Shown here: positions 26,086-39,590 of the stretch, piece after piece
Layout of the letters: each line of letters starts with the position of its first letter
Position numbering within the stretch: position 1 is the first letter of the stretch
DNA from: Malacoraja senta
Taxonomy: Eukaryota
Direction: 5' to 3'
DNA: 64,000 nucleotides
Assembly: GCA_038087875.1 (NCBI GenBank)
Contig: CM075988.1
Location: 12,278,001-12,342,000 of the forward strand
Program-made: the position numbers and the translations under genes
The notes under the pieces: generated by a model
What the model was told of the DNA's origin: nothing
What the model saw: the letters and a program-made list of their open reading frames with translations, nothing else
Database searches by the model: none

Positions 26086-26994
26086 TTCACCATTTATTGC
26101 CGTAGATGAAGCGTGTATCTGGGATATTTCAGGAGCCCGAATCAGAGATCTTGGCAGGCGTGGGAATGTCACGTTGACCTGAGCTGCACATGACAGCAGG
26201 CAGACGAGGCCAATCATTAGACCTGTGGACCTGTTCCCAGGGCTGTGTGCCACTTTGTGATCATCTCCCAGAAATGATGGCAGTTGGTGCGTGCGCCCAC
26301 TGACACTACTCCAAGCATCTTCTGAACAGATGGCAATAACAAATCACGTCCGGTGTTCTCCATTATTGCCCCCACAGCAGAGTTTCACATTAGGGCCTGC
26401 AACACTTAATTGGAGACAAATGTTTCTATGATGGCTGAGTGAAGTTTAACCTTTCGGTTCTATCCTCTTTGGTTGCAATCATTTTTTTAAATTAGATTGA
26501 CTTTTAATTGCCCTCTGAATTGGCCCAGTAAGCCACCCAGTTGCAAAAAATAAGCCAATTACAACTGGCATACTAAACTACGAACCAAATGGAACAAGAA
26601 TAAAGAGGTATATAATGTTTGGCATGACCACGGTGGCTGAAAGGGCCTGTTTCTGTACTGCATGAATATATCCCTGCATGAATTTAAAAAGCCCCACTCT
26701 GCACCCTTTACCCAGTGGACCAAGTGTACCCTTGGGGCAACCAGGAGTGGACGTTTCCAGCAAAGCCCAGACTTCGAATGAATAAGATACTGAAGAAAAA
26801 GGCTTCTGTCTGAGCTTTACAAATTTTTTAATAGTTGGAAATCGTTTATTATAGAAACATAGAAACTAGGTGCAGGAGGAGGCCATTCGGCCATTCGAGC
26901 CAGCACCGCCATTCATTGTGATCATGGGTGATCACAAAATTATGCAAAATCTCTTTTCTTCTGCTTTCTCAGCTGCACTGTTCAGTGTGCTTGT

Positions 26995-27657
26995 ATGTGG
27001 GACTGTCTTCTGTGTGTGTGTGACTGTCCCCTGTGTTTGTGTGCATGTGTTTGTGTCAGTCCCCTGTGTGTGTGTGTGTGTTTGTGTGTGTGACTGTTCT
27101 CTGTGTGCGTGTGACTGTCCCGTGTGTGTGACGGTCCCTTGTGTGTTTGTGTGACTGTCCCCTGTATGAGCGTGAGACTGTCCCGTGTGTGTGTGTGACT
27201 GTTCCGTGTGTGTGTGGGACTGTTTCATCATTGTGTGCGTGTGTGTCTGTTCTGTGTGTGTGTGTGTGACTTTCTCGTCGTTGTGTTTGTGTGTCTGTTC
27301 CCTGTGTGTGTGTCTGTGACTTCTGTATGTGTGTGTGTGGGACTGTTTCGTCATTGTGTGTGTGCGTGTGTGTGTGTGAGTGTGTCCCCTGTGTATGTGT
27401 GTGTGACTGTTCCCTGTGTGTGTGTGTGACTGGTCCCCGTGTGTGTGTGTCTGTGACTGTTCTGTATGTGTGTGTGTGGGACTGTTTCGTCATTGTGTGC
27501 GTGCGTGTGTATGTGTGAGTGTGTCCCCTGTGTATGTGTGTGTGACTGTTCCCTGTGTGTGTGTGTGTGTGACTGGTCCCCGTGTGTGTGTGTCTGTGAC
27601 TGTTCTGTATGTGTGTGTGTGGGACTGTTTCGGCATTGTGTGTGTGAGTGTGTCCCC

Positions 27658-27688
<31 letters not shown>

Positions 27689-27727
27689 CTGGTCCCCATG
27701 TGTGTGTGTGTGTGTGTGTGACTGTTC

Positions 27728-27758
<31 letters not shown>

Positions 27759-27875
27759 CTGTGACTGTTCTGTATGTGTGTGTGTGGGGCTGTTTTGTCA
27801 TTGTGTGTGTGAGTGTGTCCCCTGTGTGTGTGTATGTGTGTGTGTGTGTGCGACTGGTCCCCGTGTGTGTGTGCA
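26995..27875. repeat. Compound (GT)n satellite with higher-order units
   Basis: Recurring ordered spacers GGGACTGTTTCGTCATT, GAGTGTGTCCCCT, GACTGTTCCCT, GACTGGTCCCC and GACTGTTCTGTAT. Confidence 0.9.
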
Positions 27876-27914
27876 TGTCAGAAATGGCAAGCAAGATACA
27901 AGTTTATTACCAAA

Positions 27915-28100
27915 ATAAGGTACTGCAGATGCTGCTGTACAAAAGAAGACAGAGTTGTGGAGTAGCTCAGCGGATCAGGCGGCATCTCAGGAGAACATTA
28001 ATCTGAAGAAGAGCCCCATCCCAAAACGTTGCCTATCCATGTTTTCCTGAGATGCTGCCAGTCCCACTGACTTACTCTCGCATTCTGTGCCTTCTACACT
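27915..28100. mobile_element. Degenerate Penelope-derived palindrome
   Basis: CTGCAGATGCTG left arm and CTGAAGAAGAG...CAAAACGTTGCC right arm. A similar degenerate palindrome lies at about 46120-46335. Confidence 0.6.
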
Positions 28101-28710
28101 CAATTTGTTGTCGCGTATTGTCTTCTGGCATTGCTGAACATCGCCAAATCCAATGAATGAATAAAAATAAATCAATAAGCCAATAGCCCTGCCAACTGTT
28201 CAAGTCTTAAGTGATCCCAATGGTATCATTGCACTTTAGTCTGTTTTATTATTACTAGCTCTGCGTTGTCAGACGATTAGAGGATGTTGGATGAGATGGA
28301 AGGTGTAATGTGTTGCTGGATGTTGGCCGTATATTTCTTTCCTTTCCTTGTGATCAATTCAGTTTTTAGCATCATAGTTGGGACAGAAGGATTTTATTAC
28401 TTTTATTGCTGCTTTCAAATAAAACCCTTGCATTTTCTTATGAACCAGTACTATCTTTGTGACCTTGATTTAAATACAATGCAAAGGACTGTCACCTGCA
28501 CCATGATTCTGCATCCCAGATGAGTATAAAGGTCACTTAAATAATAATATAAGCACACTGAAAATGCTGAATGTCATTTTGAATTGTATCAAATTGTGGA
28601 CAAGCCACCAGAATTACACAGATGAAAGGGAAGCATCAGAAAGTACCTTTGGAAAATCTTCACCTTCCCTTAGCAGCAGGAGTTGCTATGTTGTGTGTAA
28701 TTTATATATA

Positions 28711-30299
28711 CAGTGGCTTGCAAAAGTATTCATACCCCTTGAACTTTTCCACATTTTGTCACGTTACAACCACAAACGTAAATGTATTTTATTGGGATTT
28801 TATGTAATAGACCAACACAAAGTGGTGCATAATTGTGAAGTGGAAGGAAAATGCTACACGGTTTTCAAATTGTTTTACAAATAAAAAACTGAAAAGTGTC
28901 GCGTGCAAAAGTATTCAGCCCCCTTTACTCTGATACCCCTAAATAAAATCCAGTGCAACCAATTGCCTTCAGAAGTCACCTAATTAGTAAATAGAGTCCA
29001 CTTGTGTGTAATCTAATCTCAGTATAAATACAGCTGTTCTGTGAAGGCCTCAGAGGTTTGTTAGAGAACATTAGTGAACAAACAGCATCATGAAGCCCAA
29101 GGAACACACCAGACAGGAGAAGTTTAAAGCAGGGTTAGGTTATAAAAAAATATCCCAAGCTTTGAACATCTCACGGAGCACTGTTCAATCCATCATCTGA
29201 AAATGGAAAGAGTATGGCACAACTGCAAACCTACCAAGACATGGCTGTCCACCTAAACTGACAGGCCGGGCAAGGAGAGCATTGATCAGAGAAGCAGCCA
29301 AGGTAACTCTGGAGGAGCTGCAGAGATCCACAGCTCAGGTGGGAGAATCTGTCACAGGACAAATATTAGTCGTGCACTCCACAAATCGGGCCTTTATGGA
29401 AGAGTGGCAAGAAGAAAGCCATTGTTGAAAAAAAGCCATAAGAAGTCCCGTTTGCAGTATGCCACAAGCCATGTGGGGGACACAGCAAACATGTGGAGGA
29501 AGGTGCTCTGGTCAGATGAGACCAAAATTGACGTTTTTGGCCTAAATGCAAAACGCTATGTGTGGTGGAAACCTAACACTGCACATCACCTTGAACACAC
29601 CATCCCCACTGTGAAACATGGTGGTGGCAGCATCCTGCTGTGGGGATGCTTTTCTTTAGCAGGGACAGGGAAGCTGGTCAGTGTTGATGGGAAGATGGAT
29701 GGAGCCAAATACAGGGCAATCTTGGAAGAAAACCTGTTAGAGTCTGCAAAAGACTTGAGACTGGGGCGGAGGTTCACCTTCCAGCAGGACAACGACCCTA
29801 AACATACAGCCAGAGCTACAATGGAATGGTTTAGATCAAAGCATATTCATGTGTTAGAATGGCCCAGTCAAAGACCAGACCTAAATCCAATTGAGAATCT
29901 CTGGCAAGACTTGAAAATTGCTGTTCACAGACGCTCTCCATCCAATCTGACTGAGCTTGAGCTATTTTGCAAAGACGAATGGGCAAAAATGTCAGTCTCT
30001 AGATGTGCAAAGCTGGTAGAGACATACCCCAAAAGACTTGCAGCTGTAATTGCAGCGAAAGGGGGTTCTACAAAGTATAGACTCAGGGGGGCTGAATACT
30101 TTTGCACGCGACACTTTTCAGTTTTTTATTTGTAAAAACATTTGAAAACCATGTATCATTTTCCTTCCACTTCACAATTATGCACCACTTTGTGTTGGTC
30201 TATCACATAAAATCCCAATAAAATACATTTACGTTTGTGGTTGTAACATGACAAAATGTGGAAAAGTTCAAGGGGTATGAAAACTTTTACATGCAACTT
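28711..30299 (+). mobile_element. Full-length Tc1/mariner DNA transposon, Passport-like IR/DR type, defective
   Basis: TA at 28709-28710, then CAGTGGCTTGCAAAAGTATTCATACCCC. About 210-bp inverted repeats (28711-28923 and about 30086-30299) with an inner direct repeat GCAAAAGTATTCAGCCCC. A transposase lies between them. Confidence 0.93.
29090..30081 (+). pseudogene. Tc1 DD34E transposase pseudogene
   Basis: ATG at 29090 (MKPKEHTRQ...GLGYKKISQALNISRSTVQSII), in-frame TGA at 29198-29200 and small deletions in the N-terminal half. The catalytic part is open: WSDETK...QQDNDPKH...PDLNPIENLW, with 34 residues between the second D and the E. The expected stop after GGSTKY reads AGA. Confidence 0.92.
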
Positions 30300-30307
30300 A
30301 TATATAC

Positions 30308-30372
<65 letters not shown>

Positions 30373-30452
30373 TGTGTATGTATATATCTATATATCTATC
30401 TATCTATCTATATATATATATATATATATATATATGCGTGTGCATGTATATA
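30300..30452. repeat. (TA)n/(TCTA)n microsatellite
   Basis: Directly visible. Confidence 0.95.
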
Positions 30453-31245
30453 TCTATATAATTAAAAGTCTCATCCTGACCACTTCCTGTTTGCACTGCA
30501 TATTGATTTTAGAAAAAAAAACGCTACCGCTTACGGCTGTGATTTTTGGCCATCTTACTCAGTCCCCCTCTGTTGCGCACGACAAGAGGATTTTTCCCTT
30601 CGATGAAAAATAAAAGAGTTATTAATGTTTAAAAAATGTTGAGATTATCTCTCCTGTCATGACTGCCATGAAGGCCACGCCCCTTCTGGTGGGTGGGGGG
30701 AGGGACTATAAAACCCAGAAGAGTGGGTGTGGCTCTGTCTCTGCAAGATCGGGGAGGGAGAGGTCACCTTGGTGGCATTGCACCCTGTTTGAAATGGTAG
30801 GAAACTGCTTTTGAATTTGCTGTCCTTGCACCCTGCTTGAAATGGTATGAAACTGCTTTTGAATTTGGTGGCCTTGCACCCTGCTTGAAATGGTATGATA
30901 CTACTTTTGAATTTGGAGGCCTTGCACCCTGCTTGAAATGGTAGGAAACTGCATTTGAAGTTTGTGGCCTTGCTCCCTGCTTGAAATGGGAGGAAACTGC
31001 ATTTGAATTTGGTGGCCTTGCACCCTGCTTGAAATGGTAGGAAACATCATTTGAATCTGGTGGCCTGCACTCTGCTTGAAATGGAATTTCAAGGAATAGT
31101 CGTGAGTCAACTGCCTGGCCACCAGCCGTGAGTGAGTGAGCTGCCAGCACACCAGGCTTGAGTGACTGAGCTGCCAGCCCAAGAATCCATTCAGCCCACA
31201 ATGTCCATACTAGCCTTTTGGAAACCAGTCCCTTCGGCCTGTGTA
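30453..31245 (+). mobile_element. Putative Helitron 5' portion with an internal minisatellite
   Basis: A|TCTATATAATTAAAAGTC start inside a (TA)n tract, typical of Helitron 5' ends. No 3' CTAG end found before the (CA)n tract. Confidence 0.55.
30775..31085. repeat. 48-bp minisatellite, about 6.5 units
   Basis: Unit approximately GAATTTGGTGGCCTTGCACCCTGCTTGAAATGGTAGGAAACTGCWTTT; shows up as a 16-aa periodicity in the minus-strand ORF. Confidence 0.9.
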
Positions 31246-31271
31246 CACACATATGTATATGTGTGTGCATG

Positions 31272-31545
<274 letters not shown>

Positions 31546-31564
31546 AGCGATACAGGTGTCTGTG

Positions 31565-32085
31565 TGTGTAGGAAGGAACTGCAGATGCTGGTTTATACCG
31601 AAGATAGACATAAAATGCTGGAGTAACTCAGCGGGACAGGCAACATCTCTGGTTCGAAGGAATGGGTGGAGTTTCGGGTCTGGACCCTTCTTCAGACTGA
31701 GAGTCAGGGGAGAGGGAGACACAGAGATATGGAAGGATAAGGTGTGAAAGCGAGACATCAAAGGGGACGAGGCTCACATAAAAAATGTTGAATAGATAAT
31801 TGTTAGCTAGGGATGGTGACAACAAAGCATACAAAGATAAAAATTAATCAGGAGTTCAGTCAGACTCGTCGGCGATTTAGAATGGGGGAGGGATAGAGAG
31901 AGGGAAAGTAAGGGTAACTTGAAGTTAGAGAAGTCAATATTCATACTGCTAGGTAAGCTGCCCAAGCAAAATATAAGGTGTCGTTCCTCCAATTTGCGCT
32001 GGGCCTCACTCTGACAGTAGAGGAGGTCCAGGACTGAAAGTTCAGTATGGAAAGGAAGGGGAAGTTAAAGTGTTGTGCAAACTGG
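31565..32085 (-). mobile_element. Penelope-like retroelement 3' end: GIY-YIG C-terminus plus terminal repeat with a hammerhead-like core
   Basis: Minus strand reads VLDLLYCQSEAQRKLEERHLIFCLGSLPSSMNIDFSNFK, then CTGAAGAAGGGTCCAGACCCGAAAC (about 31695-31671), ending GCAGTTCCTTCCTACAC. Confidence 0.8.
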
Positions 32086-34039
32086 GTACACGCACAAAAT
32101 GCTAGAGTAACTCAGAGGTTCAGGCAGCGTCTGTCTCCAGTTCCTTCCTACACTATTCATCACCTTTGATCTGTCTAGGAATAGCAGTACCACTATATCT
32201 AGTATTTTGAGAACAATAGGACAGTAACTCTCCAGACCACATTTCAGTGCACTTCCTCTTTCGAGGAAAATAAAGAGAATGAGTGGAACACACTCAGAAA
32301 GTAGGAAATGGCAAATAGAAAGTAGTCCAGTGGGGGCATTGAGGCTTTAATTTCCATTGTGATAAATGCTACCATTTATGAACATTAAAGCATCTGAGGC
32401 TATTGAAAATGTGAAGCCTTTGTCACTTAGAGTAGTTGAAGAGGAAGTTTGTACAATATTAAGGTGATTACATTCAGTGAAAGTATTCAGCATTAACCTG
32501 AGGGTGGCAAACATTCATCCAAGGCTTAGTTTGACTTATCCCATGTGAACACTAGGACTCTTGCTCAGCGTGGTTTAGAATGATAAACACGGGGCAGGTT
32601 TATGGCATTAAACAGCTCGATACTATTGATGTAAATCTGTCAAATAGGTCTATATAATTGACTGATGCAAAATGCTTTTTTCACCAAGTTAGACCCTAAA
32701 AGGTTCATTAAATGCCCACTGACCAATAGTGAAATGGGTAGTTATCTATTGAACTTAGGAGCTAAGCTGGGATTTGTATATTTTTAAAGCACTCACATTT
32801 TCTTAAAATTTGCGTAAAAATAATGGTTTATAAATACACAGCGATTCTCGATTTCCCAACAAGCCATGTTTTATCAGATAGATCTATCTATTAGATAGAT
32901 ATATTCTTGATTAGTACAGGTGCAGGAGAATGGGGTTGAGAGGGAAAGTTAGATCAGACATTATTGAATGGTGGAGTAGACTTGATGGGCCGAATGGCCT
33001 AATTCTGCTCCTATCACTTATGAACTTATGTTTTTGGAAATGATATGAACAATAGAAACAGACCAGGATAAATCAAAATGTTATCATCTCAAACAAAAAA
33101 TGGAGTTCTGTTGTTTGTGGAGTTAGTCCAAGATTCAGAAAAAGGTCTGCAATCACCAGATTTCACAATGAAATGATACCACAGCTCCTATTACAATAAA
33201 ATAGTAAAATACAGAGGAGGATTGGTTGGTGATAACTAGGAGGAGGTTCACAGCCATACAGCACAGAAACGGGCCCCTTGTCCCAACTTGCCCACCATGC
33301 ATGTTGCATCCGAGTCCCTTTTCCCTAGTGTAGGAAGGAACCGAAGATAAACACTAAAAGCTGGAGTAACTCAGCGGGAGATGCTGTCTGACCTGTTGAG
33401 TTTCTCCAGCTGTTTGTGTCTATCCCTTTTCTCCTTGTTTAGCCCATATCCCTTTACACCTTTGCTATCTATGTACCAGTCCAAGTGTCTTTTAAATGCT
33501 GTAATAGTATCTGCCTCAACTACTTCCTAAGGCAGCTCATTCCATATATCCATCACCTCTGTGGGAAAAAGTTACCAAGTTCCTACCAAACGTTATCCCT
33601 CTCTCCTTAAACCTAAGTCTTCTGCTTTTGATTCCTGTATCCTGGGCAAAAGACTGTGCAATCTCAATATCTATGCCCCTCATAATTTTATACACTTTGC
33701 TCATGATGGTTTGCTACTCTATGGAGTCCACAGTCGATGTTGAATGCATCAAAGGTTACTACCTCCTGGGTACGCACCACTGAGTTACTCCCCTCAGGAT
33801 CCTTTGTCCTGCTGGAGGGGACAAGATGAATCCCGATGCTGTGATGAAGGAGTATCACAAGTTGGGCTGAAGGGCCTGTTTCCTTGCTATATGACTATGG
33901 CTAATATAGTATAGTCTGGACAGTATGTCTCTGACTGTGTTGGGTTGATGCTTGGCCAATCTGTGCAAATGTCCTTTCAATTTATAAACCAGTCTTCAGA
34001 TGCTTGGCAAGAGGTTTTTGCACGATAGGCTAAGTTGTG

Positions 34040-34380
34040 AGTAACCTTGGTAGGTCTGTATGTACACATGCACACATACGAACACATAAACAACAAACAA
34101 ACAATAATAGTGCAATAATAACCTTAATAGTCTTTGTTGTTCAGAACTTATTTGAGGTTGTAGTGTTTAATAGACTAATGGCTGTAGGAAATGGAGCTGT
34201 TCCTGAACCTGGATGTTACTGTTTTCAGGCTCCTGATGGCAGGCATGAAATGAGTGTGGCCAGGCTGGTGTGGGTCTCTGATGATACTGGCTGAGGCAGC
34301 AACTCTGGTAAATCCCTTTGATGGTGGGGAGGTCAGAACCCGTGATAGACTGGGCAGTGTTCACAACTTTTTGCAGTCTT
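34040..34380 (-). mobile_element. Rex1-type LINE 3' fragment
   Basis: TAQSITGSDLPTIKGIYQSCCL followed by the 3' UTR. Confidence 0.6.
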
Positions 34381-34767
34381 CTTCTGATGAGTTACTCCGG
34401 CATTTTGTGTCTATCTTCAGTGTAAACCAGCACCTGCAGTTCCCTTCTGCACATCAGGTAGATACAATTTTGTCTATCTGCTTTAATTTATCCTCTGCTT
34501 GTTTTGGGCAGTAATGACACAACTGAATGTTTTGCTCAGCTATTTCAGAAGGGATTTGATGGACCTGTAGTCACATATGGGTCAGATTAGGCAAAGATCA
34601 CTCTGTAATTCCCTGTTGGACATCAATGAAGCTCCATTAACATCCTACACAGGGAAGTACACTGCCAACAACAGTTTTGAATGCGACAATGACTTTGTTT
34701 TAACTTATTTTGAATGAATAGACAGTCTAGTGCGATCTGAGCTCAGCCTCTCGGTTGCTACGTTGGT

Positions 34768-35969
34768 AACATATTGACCGTCTCCGGTATGGGGTTGGTA
34801 TTGATGGCACTGCCCTGAGCTGGTTCATCTCCTACCTCAAAGGTAGGAGTTTCTCGACTAACATAGGCAACTCTTTCTCCTCCCCAGCTAATCTCTGCTG
34901 TGGGGTTCCACAAGGTTCCATCCTTGGCCCATTCTCTTCTCCCTGTATATGCTCCCCTTAGGCTAAGTCATTGAAAGGCACGGCATTTCCTTCCATTGCT
35001 ACGCAGACGATACACAACTCTATCTCCCCCTGAAGCCCAAAAACCAATCAAATCTGTTTAACCTTACCCACTGCCTCGAGGATATAAAGTGTTGGATGGC
35101 CCAGAACTTCCTCCAACTAAACGAGAGTAAGTCTGAGGTCATCCTTCTCGGCCCCTCGAACTCAATCAAAATGATAGCTGGAAGCCTTACCCCACTACTC
35201 AAACCTCAAGTCAAAAATCTTGGCATGATATTTGACTCAGCACTGAAATTTGACAAACAAGTCAATGCCGTGGTAAAAGCTAGCTTCTTTCAGCTTCGGA
35301 CGATAGCTAAAATAAAACAATTCCTCCAGTTTGATGACCTCGAAAAGATCATCCACACATTCATCTCCTCCCGCCTAGATTACTGCAACTCCCTTTACAC
35401 TGGCATCAGCCAATCTTCCCTGTCCCGCCTGCAACTGGTCCAAAACGCCGCAGCGAGACTCCTGACGGGCACCCGAAAAAGGGACCACATCACCCCGATC
35501 CTGGCCTCTCTCCACTGGCTCCCTGTGCGGTTCCGTATAAACTTCAAGATCCTCCTCCATGTCTACAAAGCCCTCAATGGGCTTGCCCCCACCTACATAA
35601 AAAGTCTTCTCACCCACCACTCCACCTCCAGGCCCCTCAGATCGGCCGACTTGGGGTTGCTGAATCTCCCACGGTCTAGGCATAAGCTCAGGGGCGACCG
35701 CGCCTTTGCGGTTGCAGCCCCTAGACTGTGGAACAGCATCCCCGTTCCCATCAGAACTGCCCCCTCCATCGACTCTTTTAAATCAAGACTAAAGACTTAT
35801 CTATACTCCCAAGCCTTTCCTGACGTCCTCTGAGTGAGGGCTACATGTATATATGTATGTAGTTTGTTTTGTTTGTGCTATTCTTATAACAAATGTAAAG
35901 CAATTTGGCCAATGAGAGTTGTTTTTTAAATGTGCTATATAAATAAATGTGACTTGACTTGACTTGACT
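34768..35969 (+). mobile_element. L2-clade LINE, 5'-truncated (copy B, same subfamily as copy A)
   Basis: GVPQGSILGP and YADD motifs; open 245-aa C-terminal ORF 35096-35833; AATAAA then GACTTGACTTGACTTGACT tail. Confidence 0.92.
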
Positions 35970-37224
35970 AACTTAATAGTTGCTGGTCCACCATGCTTGT
36001 CCACTGTTGATCAGATCCATTCTAACATCATTAAAATCTAAATTATTCTTTCTGGAATTTCACCAAAGTGGAACAAAGGCAATGTTTGTTGTGACCAATA
36101 AGTTACCTGATTGCCTCATGTTGATCAAAAGCCTATTGTCATTTGTCCTGTGTTGAACCGTTTAAAGGAGATAACGAGAAGATACCTCTAATAAAAGCTT
36201 AGCAATCACCAAAAATTCACACATGAATACAAACACCCTAATTTTGGTAACTGCGTTTAATGATCTTTTTTAGTAATGAGCAGTATATAAATACGCACCA
36301 GTTAAAATGAATCTATTCTCTGTTACCCTCTCATATGATGATTTGCATTGTATGGAGCAGGAACATGATCTTGCATACAACTGGGGAATAGCTCTCCTTG
36401 GTTTATAAAGAGTTTAAGTGCCAATTTCAACAACAACAAAAATAATAGATACATAGGATGACATGGTATTTATATGGTGTTGTGTTCCTTTCTCCATATT
36501 GTCAGTTTCTATCCAAGTAATGTGCCTGTTTCTTAAAACAGCATAATAGGTTGGTGAATAGATTGTTCATATTTGACGATTGTGCATTCTGAGCTCTTTG
36601 AGTCATTTTTAACTTTGAGAATTAGGCAAGGACAATATCTAACAGAGATGATTAGCATAGAGCATTTTAACATCATGAGGTGACAGGCAAAATTGTTTGT
36701 TTCTGTGATTCTCTAATGATAGCATTCAGGATTATTTACTTAAAAAACACATTTATAGCTTCACTTATGCAGAAGCAGAGGCTGAATTTGTGAGCCAGGG
36801 TTTGGAAACTATCAATTTAAACAGTATTTTGTCAAAATAATGTATCTTTCTCAGGAATGCATCTCCTTTTATTTTCTGTTTAATTGGCCTTTAATGTGCA
36901 GTTGCAGCAACTTCATAAAACTTATGGTAAGTTAAGGGCAATCTGTCATCCATGTGTGAGAGGCAATGTGGAGCTTTGCATTTTGCAGAGTATTTATTCT
37001 CAGCTGGAGGATGCTATGTATTTTGCACATGAATAACAAACAGTATCTTCAACTCATTGTTAGTTTCCACAGTAGATTTTTGAGGGATGCAAGATCATTA
37101 ATGTGCCAAACATATACTAAGTTACCACTCTATTTATTGTCAAATCACTTGTCCCAAATGTTTGCTTTTATTGTAGTGCATTTTGCTGAGTTATATTGTT
37201 TGGCAAGATCAAGGGACATCCTTG

Positions 37225-37670
37225 CTCTCCCCTGTCCTCCCTCTCCCTCTCCTCATTCTCCCCCCCTCTCACTCTCCCCCACCTCACTCTCCCCCCCTCG
37301 CTCTACCCCCTCACTCTCCACCCCCCTCGCTCTCCTGTCACTCTCCCTCCTCCTCGTTCTCCCTGCTCCATCTCACTCTCCCCCCTCGCCCTTCTCCTCG
37401 CACTCCCCGTCCTCACTCAACCCCTCCTCCCCCCCCCCTCGCTTCCCCTCCTCCCCCCCCTCGCTTCCCCTCCCCTCGCTTCCCCTCCTCACTCACCCCT
37501 CCGTTCGCCCCTCCGTTCTCCCCCTTCCTCGCTCTCCCCCCTCCCACTCCTCGCTCTCCCCCCCATCACCCTCCCCCTCGCTCTCCCCCCTCACACCCGC
37601 CTCGCTCTCCTCTCCTCGTGCTCTCCCCTCCTCTCTCTCTCTCTCCCTCTCCCTCTCCCTCGCTTCCCCA
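37225..37670. repeat. C/T-rich low-complexity tract
   Basis: Directly visible; produces spurious Pro/Ser-rich ORFs. Confidence 0.9.
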
Positions 37671-37689
37671 AGGAGTGGAGCAAAGCCTG

Positions 37690-38335
37690 CCACATGAGAG
37701 GTGGATACAGTGGAGGGGGTGTGTTCATAGCAGATTGTTGGGGGATGTGAGGGAGGGTGGTCACATTTGTTTACCTACAGTTAGATAACTCAATGTCAGG
37801 GGTTTGAAGCCTACCCAAGTGGTCTCTTGGGTATCTTACAACCCAATATACTAATACATAAATAACCCTCCATGCCTTTTCTCCCCACCTCTTCCCCCCC
37901 CCCCCCCGCCCTCTCCCTTCTCTCTCTCTCCGCCCTCCCTCACTTTCTTTTCCCCCACCTGGATGTGCAACAACTTCTCCCTATCCCCTCGCCCGTCTGC
38001 CCTTCCACCTCCAGCTCCGTCTCTGGCTCCTAGCGCCTCTTCTATTGTTAACTCCTTATTTCACACTTCATTGTCTTATTATCTCTGGCGTTAATACAAC
38101 CATCTGCCTACCAACCCCCCAAACCCCCAACCCCCCCCCCCCCCCATCACTTGCCAGACTTTGTTCTGCCACCACCTCTCTTCCAGCTTTCTCCTCACAA
38201 CCACAATCAGGCTCTGAAGGCCTGAAAAAAAATGCCTATCTGTTTCTCCAGAGATGCTGCCTGACCCACTGGTCTAATCCAGCACTTTGTGTCATTTGTG
38301 GTAAACCAGGATCTGCAGTTGCTTGGGTCGACAAT
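37690..38335. mobile_element. Penelope-like fragments: an inverted piece and a + strand 3' terminal repeat
   Basis: CCAGAGATGCTGCCTGACCC...ATCTGCAGTT end, preceded by the family's pyrimidine-rich UTR. Confidence 0.55.
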
Positions 38336-39212
38336 CAAACAAACGTTTGTTAGCTTGCTTGTTTCATAGATACCTCAAGCCATGATTGAATGGCGGAGTA
38401 GACTTGATGGGCAAAATGGCCAAATTCTACTCCTATTCCTTATGACTTATGACCTTATACAATACAACCTCCGTTGGCTGAATGAACTGCCAGACTCTAG
38501 CAGCATCTTCTTTTCTACTGATATTTTGAATTTGCAATGACAATAATTTTGTTACCTTTATCAAACTTAAGTCTTCAGGGTCTTAAAATGTGGCATTTGC
38601 TGGCGCAAGGGAAACAATTGGCAGGTTTAGGTAAGTGATGGTGATTGCAATTCACTGAAGTGCCCTCATTACACTGCTTTGGGATTGGTTTTATAGCCTT
38701 TGGTCTCCGTTTCAGTACTTTGACTGTAGTTAATGACTTTCCCTGGCATTCGTGGATGCTATTTCCATTCAGAACAGTTTTGCAAGTTTGAATATTAGGT
38801 TTTCAGTTTTGACTGACTCGGTTCACCTACTGAGTAACATAAGATCTGAGAAGGCACTGATATTTCAATAGGAGAATAATTTCTTCAAGAAACATTGCAC
38901 TCACTGATTATCTCATCCTGCTTTTGGCATCTTGTCCTAAACTTACAGCTTTCAACAATTTCTGATGGTGTTGGATTGCAGTAATCATCCAGTTTCTTCA
39001 CAACATCATTAAGTAAGACATCTTTTCCCTTGTGTGTCTGAAAGAAATTGTCAGCATGCCATATGCTTCTGGCCTTATCTCTGTCAGGAGTATTGCTTTT
39101 CTCTGCTTGCCTAAGACATCATTCTTACAGAATTTTGGGTTCTTGTTAATTGAACTGAGGAGTATTACATAAGAATCGTTGCAGGAGGATCAGTAAAACA
39201 TGGAGGATAACT

Positions 39213-39253
39213 ATGTGTGAGACATTATCTGTGTGTGCGTGTGTGTGTGTGGC

Positions 39254-39287
<34 letters not shown>

Positions 39288-39590
39288 ATCTCACACACCA
39301 AACTCACACACACTCACACACACTCTCACACACATTCACTACACACACACTCACACTCTCACACTCACACACTCACACACATTCTCTACACACTCAATCT
39401 CGCACACACTCTCACACACCCTCTCTCACACACACACACATAAATATAAAAAGTGGCATGTATATTGTGACACTGTGTATGTGTGTGTATATTTGTTGAT
39501 GTATGTAAATATATATGTGATATATATGCTTGTTTATGCATGTATGAGTGTATACATACACACAAATATATTTATGTGTGTATATAATGT
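39213..39590. repeat. Mixed GT/TA/CA simple repeats
   Basis: Directly visible. Confidence 0.9.

Noticed and set aside
26870..28006. Long Cys/Val and His/Thr ORFs
   Set aside because: Translations of (GT)n/(CA)n repeats.
30775..31085. CRISPR-like array
   Set aside because: Units are contiguous with no unique spacers, and the context is eukaryotic.
36966..37788. Pro/Ser-rich ORFs up to 243 aa
   Set aside because: Low-complexity C/T tract, open in all three frames.
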